Part shown: positions 11,281-24,750 of the stretch, in pieces | Numbering within the stretch: position 1 is the first letter of the stretch | How the letters are laid out: each line of letters opens with the position of its first letter | Assembly: GCA_000165425.1 (NCBI GenBank) | Contig: CT868044.1 | Coordinates: 153,363 to 217,362 of the forward strand | Length of the DNA: 64,000 nt | Direction: 5' to 3' | Origin: Paramecium tetraurelia | Taxonomy: Eukaryota | Position numbers and translations under genes: made by a program | The notes under the pieces: generated by a model | Database searches by the model: none | What the model was told of the DNA's origin: nothing | What the model saw: only the letters and a program-made list of their open reading frames with translations

Positions 11281-12858
11281 ATGAGCCAAAATTCTGTTGA
11301 AGATTAAGTAATCTTTCTTGATATTAGAAAAGGGTGGTCAATTACTTGTAATGACAGTGTAAATTGATGACAAAAACACAGCAAGGATTGATGTATTTGA
11401 AGATGATGAACCTGAATTATTGGCCATGAATTTCTGCAATCAACACAAATTGAATCAACGATTGGTCCCTATACTGGCTGAGAATATCAAGTAGAACATG
11501 ATAGTGGCTCAGAAGGAAAAGTAGAACATGACTCAATATGTATTTAAGTATGAATGAGATTAGTTGTAAAAATTGAAAGAGCGACAAATCACGTAAGACA
11601 ATCCATCTGAATAACTGCCATAATAAAATTTAGTAAAGCAAATGAGTGCTCAATCTCCAAAGACACCTCAAGGAAAAAGAGATGGAAATGTTTTTGATAG
11701 ATTGTATCAAAGTGCTTAAATTAAAAAAATGAAAATGCAAAGACAAGACTCTGAACGACTGCAAATTTCTAACTAATTTGCCCACAATTAGGAATCGGAT
11801 GTCAACTATGGATAATTGTTATATCAGAGAGGAATGTCCAAAAAGGATGAATTCATTTTAAAAGCTGAAATGGCATTATTGGAGAAACAACAATAATAGA
11901 TGGCTGAATGTACTCATAAACCATCGATCAACCCAATCTCCTCCAAAATTGTTCATAGACCTCAAGAACCTACATGTGTTTATCTGAATCAATTAGCCAA
12001 AGTCTATTCTGAAAAGAAAGAGTAGGCCTAGTTTCTTAAGGTTGAAGAATAACAACAACAATGCTCCTTCCATCCCTAGATCGATAAACAGTACTATGAT
12101 ATTTAATTAGATCTTAAGCAATTATCGAAGAGAAGAAAAAAGGCTCTTAAATCTAAATCCCTCATTATGAACAACTCTACCAAGTGAATACCATTAGACA
12201 AGTGAAGTTGAATCAGAAAGGAGAGGAACATTTCACTGAAACCCATACATTCCATCCGAAAATTGATTAATTGTCAGAACAACTTGTTTCTGGATAATCC
12301 TTCTAAGATAGACAATAAAAATACTTAACTTCCATTAAAGACAAACAATAACCAGTCGACGAGTGCTTTCGACCTAAGACTGGTAGACCTCCTGAATCTC
12401 GTCCAGATAATTTATTTGATTCCCTTTACAATCAAGCTAAGACTTTGGCAGATAAAAAGGCTTAACTCTTATCATCGAGTGTGGATCAAGCTCTTTTCTA
12501 ATCCCAAGTCAAAGCCAGTCATCAATCCGATAAGATTATTCAATAAGCTATTTACAACAAGCTGGCAAATATATTTGATCTCCTGGACTCCGATTAAGAT
12601 GGTGAGATTGATTCTTTAAGAATTGACATCTCAAATTTAGATCCTCAAGTTCTTTAAGCCCTTACTCCATTACTCTAAGAAATGGATTAAGGAAAGCATT
12701 CTCTCATTAAGTCAGAATTTATACAATTAACTTCTCAGTTGATGACCTTAATGTCCAATAAAGAAAAACATGATTTGCTAAAGAAACCCTAAAAGAAGGA
12801 TCAATCTTTCAATGTAACTAAAGACAGATCTCCTTAGTCCAGCATGAAAAAAAATTGA
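11281..12858 (+). CDS. Hypothetical protein with repeated (C)xFxPxI motifs and a C-terminal EF-hand
   Basis: Long open frame in the ciliate code; repeats ECTHKPSIN, QCSFHPQID, HTFHPKID, ECFRPKTG; EF-like IFDLLDSDQDGEID. Confidence 0.75.
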
Positions 12859-12916
12859 ATTACCTTTTATCGATTTTTATTTATTTATAAAATTTATCAC
12901 AGAAATATATAAATTA

Positions 12917-13570
12917 TCAAAACCTTGAGCCAGGAGCAGTTGTTGTACTTAAATTACTTTAGAACAGCTTTTGAGAGGCAAACCTTTACCTTGTAAATCC
13001 ATCAGTATGGATTCTCTGATTAGAATAATTAGCAATATTATTTTAAATTTAAGGTTGTGGAGTTTCACTGTCTTCTAGTTAAATATATTTGATATTCCTT
13101 ACATTGCAATTTTATTAAAATCTGTACCTATTTCTGTATTTATGCTTTCAAATTGCTTATTGTGTAATCTTTCTCTGAGCATAACTAGCATTTTTTGTAT
13201 TTTTATTGATCGTATTAATAAGAATTGAACTGTTGTATCTCTGATACTCTACTCTTTATATCGGTTATTAAATTAGTCATCACAAAGGCTTCATTCGATA
13301 GAGTATAGTGCTGAGTATTATTCTTTAAATTAAACCAGATCTTTTACTACTCACTTAATTAACCCCATAAGTCATTAAACTATCTCTTAAGTGAATCGTA
13401 TTAGTTTTCTTGAGTCTATAGATTCATTATTAATTGATTGGAGAAGTTTGTCAATTTTTATATTTCTGTCATTAACTACTCAATCTTTAAGAATAGTTGT
13501 TAAATTATTCCCTACTCTATTAGTTTGAATAAAGATACTTACAGTTCTATCCGTATAAGTAGTTGTTCAT
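12917..13570 (-). CDS. Hypothetical Q/E/K-rich (coiled-coil-like) protein
   Basis: Coding-like composition on the minus strand, ATG after an A-rich leader, TGA at 12917-12919; no family recognised. Confidence 0.5.
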
Positions 13571-13997
13571 TTTTATATTTAAACAATATAATTTTATTTA
13601 TAGAATTAATATGCCTATTTTTATTAAAAATATTATCTTAAGTATTTCATTAAGAAACAGTTTTATTACATAAATATGTTTTTTAAAGTTCTTATTTTAT
13701 TTATTTTGATAAATACAAGGTATTTTAAACATAAATTATCTTAATATTTTGATTATTTAATTAGATAGTTTTTTAGTATCTATTATTTAATAAAAATTAA
13801 CACAAAATAATTTATGAGGCTAATTAAAACTTGAATTTTATGAATCGTTACTTCATATAGCTTATCCTAGGATATTATTTATTATTTTATTTGATTCATC
13901 TTTTCTTCACTTCTTGATTTAGATATTAACATGAAATTTGCAAGATTTTTATAGCGATTATTGCTTTCATTTATCTAACCATTATTATTATTAATTG

Positions 13998-14273
13998 ATG
14001 AACATTTTCAGTTTAGAGAAGAATCGATTTCATCAAAAGGCTTGTGAAAACAAGAAAAAAAGACAGAGTGTAAACAGTAGTTCATAAATCAAAAATCAAC
14101 AAATAGACAATTTCATTGAATAAAAGGCTTAGTCTCTGTAAATGGATTTGGACTTATCCTACACTAAAGCCTCTGATCAAGATAGTTTTAAACTAAACCA
14201 TATACCTAAATCCGTTAGAGCCAATTTAATTGGTTAACTAAACAATAAATATGGAAGAAGATCTCTTCAATGA
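13998..14273 (+). CDS. Small hypothetical protein (91 aa) with NRFHQKA motif
   Basis: Intronless ORF MNIFSLEKNRFHQKACENKKKRQ...LNHIPKSVRANLIGQLNNKYGRRSLQ*; a similar sequence lies at 31768-32058. Confidence 0.6.
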
Positions 14274-15548
14274 AAATATGATTATATGCAACACTTGTAT
14301 TAAATAATTATTAATCTCTACATTTTAAAACTGTTTTTTTGAACAAAAAATAGTAGCAAAAGAGTTTTTTAAATTTCTTAATAAACAAGAATTATAAAAA
14401 ATTAGATCATTACTGAGTTATTCAGTCTCGATTACTTACAGCGAAAGATAATGAGAGATTTATCTTACTTTCTCGAAGAATAATAGTTAAGAATGAAGTG
14501 TTTACATTAATAAATTTAAGATATACAATAGAAGAAAAATGTTATTATTATTGTATTTTAATTTATGAATTCTTTTAATCTACTGAAAATCTGTTGTTGT
14601 AATCTTTTAGAAAAGAAAACGATTCATATCAATCAAATTGATTTTAACCCATATCTCCTTAGTTTTGAACACTTTAACTTCTTCAAAAAGAATTACATTA
14701 TATACAAATAATTTTGCCTTTTTTGAAAGTTAAAAAGTTAGATAATACGTTCAACATAATAAGTTGTTATTTGAAACTAAACTATTACTACTAAATAAAC
14801 AAATAATTCCAATTAATATAATTCTAATTTTCTTCTATTAAAACATCTTTACACATCAACAGATTTATTCCAGAATATGGTTAATTTGATAAAATTTCAG
14901 AAATATGTTAATCTTCTAGTGTCAACATTTTTCTTTCCTTTAAAATGAAGAGCTTCCAATTTGATTTTGCTTTATCTTATACTTCATCAAACTATATCTA
15001 TAAATATATTGATTACTTCAATATAACTTAAAGTCTTAGTAAAATTATTAGGATATGCCATTCTAATATCCCAGATTTATTTCTTGTGCATAAAATATAT
15101 GAAGAATAATATTAAGGGGATGAATGACAAGTAATTAGCCAACACAAAATCAAATTCTTCAAATTACTTTGTGAAGTAAGTAAAGTAATATTTTTCCAGA
15201 TTTCAAAATTATTGTTTTTATTCTTTTGATACAATAATACTCAACTATTAGTATATAAAACATTTTAACTAGATCAGTAAACGTCTAACATTCTCTACAT
15301 TTAATAAATATCAATTATTCAAATTATTTGGAAACATTGAATAATTGAATATTTCGTTGTTTTTGTTTTTATAATTTGTTCTTATCTTCTCTTCTTTTCT
15401 TTATATAAATTAATAACTTGATTATTGAATTATAAAATTCAATCTGGTACACTAATTGCTGATTTTTTGACCATTCTTTTAACATTCCAGATATTACTAA
15501 ATTTCTTTTTTTTTCACATATAAAATATAATAAAAATAAATAAAATTA

Positions 15549-17125
15549 TCACGATTATTACTAATTGTGACGAATTTTAGAAGGCTAATACTAAACACTA
15601 TTAAAATGGAGCAATTTATCATATAGACTATCTTAAATAAACTCCTTTTCTACTCTGTCTAATCTGTCCTCTTCTTTTGTAGATTAGTGCAATTAAGAAT
15701 TTGATTAATAATAACTAAAATAGCAATTCAAGTTTACCTTTAAGTAATATCTACTGAATTTTCAATAATAGTAGACAAAGACTTCCCTCTTTATACCTAA
15801 AGATATTGGTTTCTTTAATGTCTAGTTCCCATTTTGATGAACCAATGATGATTGAGTGCCTAAGCAGCTGACAGTCTTTTAATTGGTTCTTTATTCAATA
15901 ATCCCTTTAACAAATCCATGCCAGAATTTGAAATTTTCTTGCATATTTTTTTTCTAATTTAATCAATTAAGTTAATACTCTATTTTTAAATCTATATCAC
16001 ATTTCTCATTTGATCTCAGTATTTCTTCTTAATCTTTGCCTTCAAATGGTAATTTTCCATAAATTAGAAGATAAAAGATGACACCCAATGAAAATAAATC
16101 CACTTTGCTAGTGTAATTTTTGGATCTAAATATCTCAGGTGCAACAAACCCAGGAGTACCACACTTCTTATATTAAGGTTGATCGGTTGTTTCAGAATAA
16201 CAAAAGTTGCCTAAGACAACAAATGGCAAACGTTTCTTCTCAGGGATGAACAAGTTTTCCATTTTTATATCCCGATGAAAAACTCCTTTTTAATGCATAT
16301 GTTGAATGGCTTACAAAATCCCATAGATAATATCAGCAACCAGTTTTTCCTCCAATCCTTATGTAGACTACTCTGCCATCTGATATATTTGGGATTCCTT
16401 GATGTATGATCTCAAATCAATACCCAAGTAGTACTCATACAACACATACACATTCTATTCATCTTCAAACACTTCAACTATATAACATATTTATGTATGA
16501 CTCAATTTTCTTAAGTTGCTTAATTCCCTATATAAATTTTGCTTTTATGCTGCTGTAATTGCATCCTTCTCGATTACCTTCACAACATGATACTCTGCAT
16601 CTTGCACTCTGACACAAGAGAATAGGCATTGTCCAAATACTGGATCACTGTACTTTATTTTACCTAAGACTTTATATTTCCTAGCGAATTTATCCATTAT
16701 GCAGAATCTTCTTAAAAACTGAAACCATTTTTTGAAGATATCTGCATTTTCGCATAATAAATGAGTTAGTTATTATCCAAATTACAGTCTAATTCCGTAT
16801 CTATAATTCGGCATTGTGGGATCAAAATGAGTAAACTTTTTGAGAAAACATGCTTGTAATTAACAATAGGAGGTATAATCTTCAGATCCTACACCTTTCC
16901 TATATAGTTTTTCAGGATGTAGATTCAGCTACACCGATTCCCATTGAATATCAACTTTTAAAAGTAACCTGCCTGAATAATTTATTCATAGATACCTTAA
17001 AATTGACTATTCCCATCAATGGCATTCGATGATACCCACATTGAGGATTACTTTAAAGCCTCCATAAAAATAGAAGTAAAAGGGATAGTTTTTAAAAAGG
17101 TGTTTTTCTAGGATGATTGACGCAT
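15549..17125 (-). CDS. CAMK-like kinase-domain protein, probable pseudokinase
   Basis: HRDIKMENL, CGTPGFVAPE and DLFSLG are present, but the DFG position reads NFC and the Gly-rich loop is absent. Confidence 0.8.
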
Positions 17126-17937
17126 TTGATATAAAAATAATAAATATATTAGTTTATCTTAAAACTCTCTTTATGAAATGGTATTTCATCCTTATTTTTA
17201 TTTCTCATTTAGAATTCTAATATTCAGCACCCAGATCAGTCGAAAAAACAATGTAAACTACTTTTAATGATAGCCAAAAAGTAATTGAAGAATAAATACT
17301 ATTTTAAATAAATCTTAATTTTACATATCTATAATAACATCATTTCAATTTAGATTATCAAATTAATAATTAACAATCTTATACAATTATCTTCATCATA
17401 GATTCTGATTAATAATATTTTCTTCATTCTTCTAAAAACTTTTAATCTAAGTCTAAAAGGCCACACATATACGACTTTGTTAACCATATGAAAAAGATTG
17501 CAAACTCTGTTGTTTGAATTGAGGATATTTTTAGAAGTATTAATACCTATAAATAGTTTTCCATTTTGAAAGATATTAATATATTCTAAATTTATATATC
17601 TTTAAGATAGCTAAGCATAAACTAAAAAAATACAAGAGAACAAAGGATCAAACTAGGTTCCTAGTGAAAATTTACAGTTCTTTTGTGCTGTGTGATCTAT
17701 TTTTAATAAATTGAATTATATTCGAAAGTAGAACAGTTTGCTTGAGATTGATTAGTGTCTGGTAATTCCTGCAGGAAGGTAGGGGTTCATTGATGTGTGT
17801 GTGGAAGTGATAGTATTTAGAAATAGATGGGAAGTGTTGTTTATAATGGAATTAAAATGAATATAAACAAATAATTAAAAAACGGGTTTTTTTAGTCTTC
17901 TGCTTGGATGTGATAATAATTCATTAATAATTTTAAT

Positions 17938-19105
17938 ATGGCTAGAATCATTCCTGTATTGACACTTATCTTGGCAGTGGCAACTGCTAGAGTAGCAAAG
18001 AGTGAAAGTCCAAAGGAAGTGTTGGCATAAATCAACAAAGATTCATTTGGTAATTCTGTATTGTCAGTCCTCCAACTCTAATTGGCAACAGGAGGACCAG
18101 TCGGAGAAATCTAAATCCTTTTAAACAACATTGCCTCATAACTCAATGGAGATTAAAAGAAAGCTGACAAAGTTCACGAAAGTGACACAGTTGCCTTCGA
18201 GAAGGTATAGTTAATATATTAAAATGTTAGATCATTGCTGACTTAGAATAAGAAATCGCTTATCACTAAACTTAAATCGTTGCTCTTTCAAACTTGAGAG
18301 ACTCCACCACTGAGGCATTGGGAGAAGCTGAAGTTGAAGTCAGAGTAGTCACATCTGATATTGCCAATAACGAAAAGAGCTTCGCCGACGAATCAGCCAC
18401 AAGACAATCATAACACGATACTTGGGTTAGAAAGGATGCAGAACACGTCGACTAAATCGATGCCATTGATGAAGCCTCAAAGATCGTTTAACATTTGTAA
18501 GCAGGTGTTGCATTTGCTCAACTCAAGAGCAGATTCGAGAAAGTCTAAGCTAAATTAATGGAAAGCAAACACGCTCTCTTCAAAGTATTAAATAATTATA
18601 TCAATAGCCACTCATCAACGCCTTGACATAATTGGCCTCCAAGGTTGATAACAAGAGCATCATCAAAATCTTAGAACTCTTGGCTTAAATCAGATAATAA
18701 TTGGTTGCCAGCAGAGCCTCCCTCCTTGCAACAGAAGAGAGATAAGCTGCCAACTGGGAAGTCCAAAGTGGTCACTTATAAGAGGAACACAAGAGATTAG
18801 TTGAGAGAAAGGCCTTCTTAGAAAACTCAATTGTTCAATTCAAAGTCACCATCTAAGAAGCTGTTGAAGACTTGGAAGATTAAACTGTATGATCATCAAT
18901 TAAATGTAGTTATTCCTTGAGGATGCTGAAGACTCATTGGCTATCCAAGAGAGATGGGCTGCCGAATAAGAATCATAATATGAAGCTTAAACCTTTGAAA
19001 GAGAATAATACATAATGGAAGTCGTCTGAAAGATTATAAGAAGTTCTTACTCAAAAGTTGAGTGCTGCCTCAGAATTCCTTTAAGTTAGAGAAGAGGTCT
19101 TTTGA
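17938..19105 (+). CDS. T4: Trichocyst matrix protein T4 family precursor (frame disruption near the 3' end)
   Basis: Signal peptide then ARVAKSESPKEVLAQINKDSFGNSVLSVLQLQLATGGPVGEIQILLNNIASQLNGDQKKADKVHESDTVAFEK...SAASEFLQVREEVF, matching the Paramecium T4 sequence as I recall it; three short introns. Confidence 0.93.
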
Positions 19106-19194
19106 TTAATGAATTATCAGCAATATTAATATCAATACAATTTCTACATTTTAATTGTAAAATAATCTGTTAAAACAATATTTAATTTAAATTA

Positions 19195-21373
19195 ATGGAG
19201 AACATCCAGGTTGTAGTTAGAATTAGGCCATCAAATGGTTAAGAGAAAGACAACAATGACCTCGAAATTTGGTCTGTTAATAATCAAGACACCATCACTA
19301 TTTCCAATGATAGATTTAATGATTTAGTTCGAATGCGTAAATTTGTGCCAGGACAAAGAGTGGAGTTTACCTTCAGTAATATAATCAATCGAATATTAAT
19401 AGATTAATGTTTTGATCCCAAACACACCACCAAATTCATTTACTAGTAATAGATCCAAAGAATCACATTATCATCATTGTAAGGTATAAATGGGACAGTG
19501 TTTATGTATGGTCAAACAGGAAGTGGTAAGACTTACACAATGATGGGGTATGATTAAGAAGAGGGAATTTTGAAGTAAGCACTCAAAGATCTTTTCGGAG
19601 AAATTGAGAAATAATAAGACAGACAGTTTTTCTTAAGATGCAGCTATGTCGAAATATACACAGATTAAGTTTATGATCTGCTGTCTACTCAGGAGAGATT
19701 GAGTGAAACTTTGTTAATAAATGAGGATTTCAATAGAGAATTTGTGATTAAAGGAGCTATTGAAGAAGTTGTGACTACAATAGATGAAATCATGGATATC
19801 CTTCAGTTTGGAGAGAGTAACAGACATTACGCATCCACTGTCATGAATCATTGCAGTAGTAGATCTCATACAATATTCAGACTGTATGTTAGGTGTGTCC
19901 CTAATACAATTGGACCAAACTCAGTGATAACTGAATCTATTCTTAATTTTGTTGATTTGGCAGGTTCAGAAAAAATTAACATTCACGATTCAATGCTTAA
20001 AAAAAGAGGAACTTCTGCAGGAGGGAGTGGTACTCAATATAAAGATAGATAAAATGAATCCAAACACATCAATAAAAGTCTGTTCTTTTTAACTTAAGTA
20101 ATATCTCTCAGGGCTTAAGGAAGAAAGTAAAAACTTTACAATATTTAGTGATCAACATATCCCATATAGAAATTCGCCTTTAACAAAGATATTGAGATCA
20201 TCTTTAGGAGGTAACTCCAGAACTGCCATTATACTGTGTATTAATCCTTGTTATAGTTAATTTGAATAAACAGTGTCTACTTTAAGGTTTGGGACAAATG
20301 CAAAGAAAATAGAAAACAATGTCTCAAAGAATATAGTAGGCTTTGATAATGATGAAAGTTTGAATAGGGTGATAAAAGATTATGAGTCAAAAATTGAAGA
20401 ATTACAAAAAGCAAGAGTTGATGATAAGTAACAGCAAGAAATGATGCTCAAAATAATAGAAAAACTTGAAGAACAAAGAAAAATATTCAAATCCTAGTTT
20501 GATACTTCTGATCATATTTAAGCAATGATTAACAAGGATGTACCATATTAATGGACTCATTTACACTATCATGGAGTCGGAGTCTTATGGGTTCCAGAAA
20601 AAGGAAGCAGAGACATTGAAGTCAAATAAGATATCATTGATTCCTTTGGAATGATCAAGAAATATTAAAATTTAGAAGAAGAATTTATCATCTTGAAATC
20701 AGAAAAATAAACACTTGAATCTCAATTGAATGAAATCAAATAGAAGCAATAAGAAGTCATCATCCAAACTAAAAAGAGATACGCTAATCAAAAGGCTAAA
20801 ACTAGAAAATATAAATAACTCAGCAAAGATCTCTAGGATGAAAGAAATAAACTATAAAAAATAGCATTGTGTTATCATAATATGATCGACGTAGATGAGA
20901 TGATGTTGTTGAATAACGTAACCTTAGATTAAATGTTAGATAATATTTAAATAATGATGCAGAACATATACAAAGTTAAATTAAGAAAAGAAATGAAACT
21001 AAAAGGAGAAAATGTGGACACCCTAAAATTAAAATCTTCGAGACCTATCAAATATCCCAAATACTTATTTGACACTTCAGCCATTAATGTTTAGTTCTGG
21101 GATGTTAATGAGAATAAGAAGACTGAAGAAACTAGTAAAAGTGAAATTGAATCCTTTCAAAGCTACTTTTAATCTCAATTAAATCAAAGTAGTCCAACAT
21201 ATACTGATATGCAAAGTAGTATTCAATAATTTAAAGAACCATTCAAGCACATATGTTCTCATGAAAAAAATGGACCCAATAAGTCTGGTAAAGAGAATTT
21301 CGAACCTTCATTCAAAAAGAATCAAAGTATGGAAATAGCTGATGAATTAAATTTCCGTAGTTATTTTAGATGA
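19195..21373 (+). CDS. N-terminal motor kinesin (possibly kinesin-7/CENP-E-like)
   Basis: [10 protein letters not shown]-loop [46 protein letters not shown], followed by coiled coil. Confidence 0.93.
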
Positions 21374-21392
21374 AATAATTAATATTACAAAA

Positions 21393-22293
21393 ATGTTTTC
21401 ATTATTGCTATTAATCACCACGTCTTATGCTACAGATAAAAATTGTTTATGGCACGACTCCTACGGATACACATACGACATCTCAAAACTTCATAACATC
21501 AATAACTATCAAGTGCCTGACACTGACACAAGTAAATTATTCTAAATAAAAGTGTAAAGGTATGGGAATGTTTAACATGGTTTATGAATTTAATTTTTGC
21601 ACTGGAGCAGTCAGATGTTAGGGTAGAGAAGTGGCTGCATTCGAAGCACTAGAAGTAATGGGCAAAGTAACAGAAAACTGTGATGTATTTATTATTCATA
21701 ATATTTAAGGTTTTGGGATTGAAAGAAACTCAAGAATTTGGCTATGTTAATCCAGTTTATCCTGAATTAGGAATTTCGGTCACTTACAAATAAGGTTATT
21801 GTTTAAAATGAATTATAAGGCGATATGTGTTTTGATGTTAAAGATGATGGAGGATTACAAAAAATAATAGCAGATAATGAACAAATGTAAATGAGTCCAA
21901 GATCAGTTACTTTCGAAGTCACATGTGGAAAAGATGAACCTAATTTTAGAGTTATTGATTCTAGTAAATGCAATATTAGGTTGGGTATTTAGCACTCAGC
22001 TGGTTGTCGATCTGGATCATCTCCTAGTAATTATTACACTTATAAAAGGTGGTGGCAGTTAAACATTGCTTTTATATTTCATTCTAGGAGCTGGTCTCTA
22101 CTTTGGAGGTGGAATAGCTTACAATAAAAAACAATACTAGCTGAGCGGAGTAGATGCATTACCACATTCTCATTTTTGGAGAGACTTTCCACATTTGGTT
22201 AAAGATGGAATTAATTTCACTGTTATCAAAGTTTTTGGAATGATCAAAAAGTTTAGAGGGCTTTCAAGCGAAGGAGGATATGCTGTTATATGA
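21393..22293 (+). CDS. ATG27 / cation-dependent mannose-6-phosphate-receptor-like type I membrane protein
   Basis: Signal peptide, Cys-containing lumenal domain (YDISKL, FNFC), TM helix, cytosolic GVDALPHSHFWRDFPHLVKDG and terminal GGYAVI. Confidence 0.75.
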
Positions 22294-23610
22294 TGTAATT
22301 TTAGTAATATAAAATATATTTGTTTTTTGTAAACAAATTTCATGTTTTTGCTGGTTATTAACATATATTAATATTATTTTTGACTATTTTAACTAATTAA
22401 GTTAAGATAATCAAATGGTTATTAGCTTGGACTATTTATTTGAATTGATATATAATTCAGCTAGTTCATAGTGAATATATATTTAAAATCAAATCATCAT
22501 CTTAATATCATATTAGTACAACTAGCGAGTAGCTTGCTTATTGATTAATCATTTGTGTTTTTTAATAATGACTTCGATATTAGATTATAAAAATACATTT
22601 AACTTCTAAATAAGGAAATAACAATATTATGATAAAGAATATTGCTAAAAATTGAAGTAAAAATTAATTCTAATAACCCAATTTACTATAAGGAGTTGTT
22701 AGCTTTTAATGTTAAATCTAAAATTAGAAATCAGAATTTTAATTACGATTAAAAGCATTTAATAGATTTTAACTAATTCTTCCTTAATAGCTTTAATAAT
22801 GTTTTTATAAATAATACTTTCCTATTTAATTAATTTAACAGCAATTCACAGTTCGTTTGGTAATAAAATTCCTTTATAAATACAAGTCTCTTTAAAATAA
22901 TATTCAAATAAAATTATAATAACACTCCAACTCCATCCTTCAAGCATTAAATCCATATATTTCTAAACTAATTTTTAATTTTGTTTATTTACCTTAAACC
23001 TTAGTTGTAATATATTGAAATATTTATTGAAAATTACTTAAATTATTTAATTAGATTAAAGAAGAGGACTCATAATGTAACAATTTTAATTAATAATTAA
23101 TAGAATCTAATTTCAAAAAATTCTATGTTATTAAAATTTCTCTTTTTATCTTTGAATTTATAAATTATAATTCTGAAAGTTAGTATTATTATGCTCAAAT
23201 ATTAACTTGGGAGAAAATCTAGTCAATTTGAATATAACTTTAGTATAATTATAACCAAGCTAGAAAATATTTCAATAAATAATTCTATCTGAAATTCTCA
23301 GTTCAAGATAATAAATATATTATAGAATATTTAGAATGTTTAATTAAATCAAGATTAAGAAAATAAAAAAAGCAAGTAAGTTAAATTTGGTGTTCATAAT
23401 TATTTTATTATTGAAAGTACTAGAGCATCAATCAAGCATTTATTATATATTATTATTTATTCTTCCCCTATATAATTTAGATTCTAAAATAATATACAAA
23501 GGCTTACATTTTGACAATGGAAAATTTTCATTCTTGATTCTCAAAATATTTTCGATTTATTTATTACTTATATTGAGATCTTAAATGATTAAAATCATCA
23601 AAAAATACAT

Positions 23611-24750
23611 TCATAGACTCAATTATTATGAAAAACATAATATAATATGATTACTTAAACAATATAGAATTTAAAACTGAATTTTATTATCAAAATGACA
23701 ATACAAATTAGATGAATAATCAAATTTCAGAGGGGTATTATTCAAATTGAATAACTTAAAGTCCTCCAAATTGAGGTACACATGATTTTCTCCTCTGTTT
23801 CGGACTTTTTGGACTGCAGTGTAATTTTTATTAAGACTGTAGATATTATGATTACATATCAACCATGATAGGACCTTTATCCCCTCTATAATTCGAGAAA
23901 ATCCATTGATCTATAATTTCTACAGAAAGGCTATTGATAACCTAAGCAATTAAATAAAAAAATAAAGCAACAGAAAATCCTGCTAATAATGTTATTACAG
24001 CTACAATGCCAAAATTTTGAAAACCAACTAAAACTGCTAATATCGAAGCTCCGGTTATTTACAATAAAATCAAAAAGAATATGATTAACCAGCAAACCTT
24101 TTAGTGCTTTGGAATATCTTTAAAAAGAGAAAATTAAACTTTATCCTAAATTATTAGCTTCATATTAATTTTCTAAGAACAAACTTCGCAGCTAATCTTT
24201 TCATTAAAATATAATCATGGTTACATCCTTTTTAAGAACTTTTTCAACATTATTTTTTGTTAAAATCCAACTTTTAAAGCATTCTTCGTGTACGAATTAA
24301 GTTGACCCCTTACATTTACAAGGATAGATAAATCTTGAGGTTTCCTCTTCCATCATACAAATTCTACAAATTCCTTTGTTTCTTAAATTTTTTACTTCCT
24401 TTTTTAGACATTTCTAATTCAGTTGCATTCATTTAATACTAATATATGTTGCACCATACAGTCTTTTTTCTTTCGTTATCCTACGATTAGACATTAAGGA
24501 GAATATTTACTTTTAGAAAGTGAGTATTTTTAATTTATTTTTTATATTTTTCCTTTCTTGGAGAAGTATTAAAACCCTAAATACCATTAGTTAGGTATTC
24601 CTGAGGGATTAATTATTGTGATTAATTTAGTCTGTTAAATTTTTATGGGGATGACGAAGTAACTATTCCAAAATCAGATTTATTCATACACCTGTAATAT
24701 TTTTTTTATTTTGAATAGTAACTTTTATCTGAATATTATTGATTTTGCAT
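23611..24750 (-). CDS. RING-CH (RINGv/MARCH-type) membrane E3 ligase
   Basis: CRICMMEEETSRFIYPCKCKGSTQFVHEECFKSWI followed by two hydrophobic segments; 3' end approximate. Confidence 0.82.
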
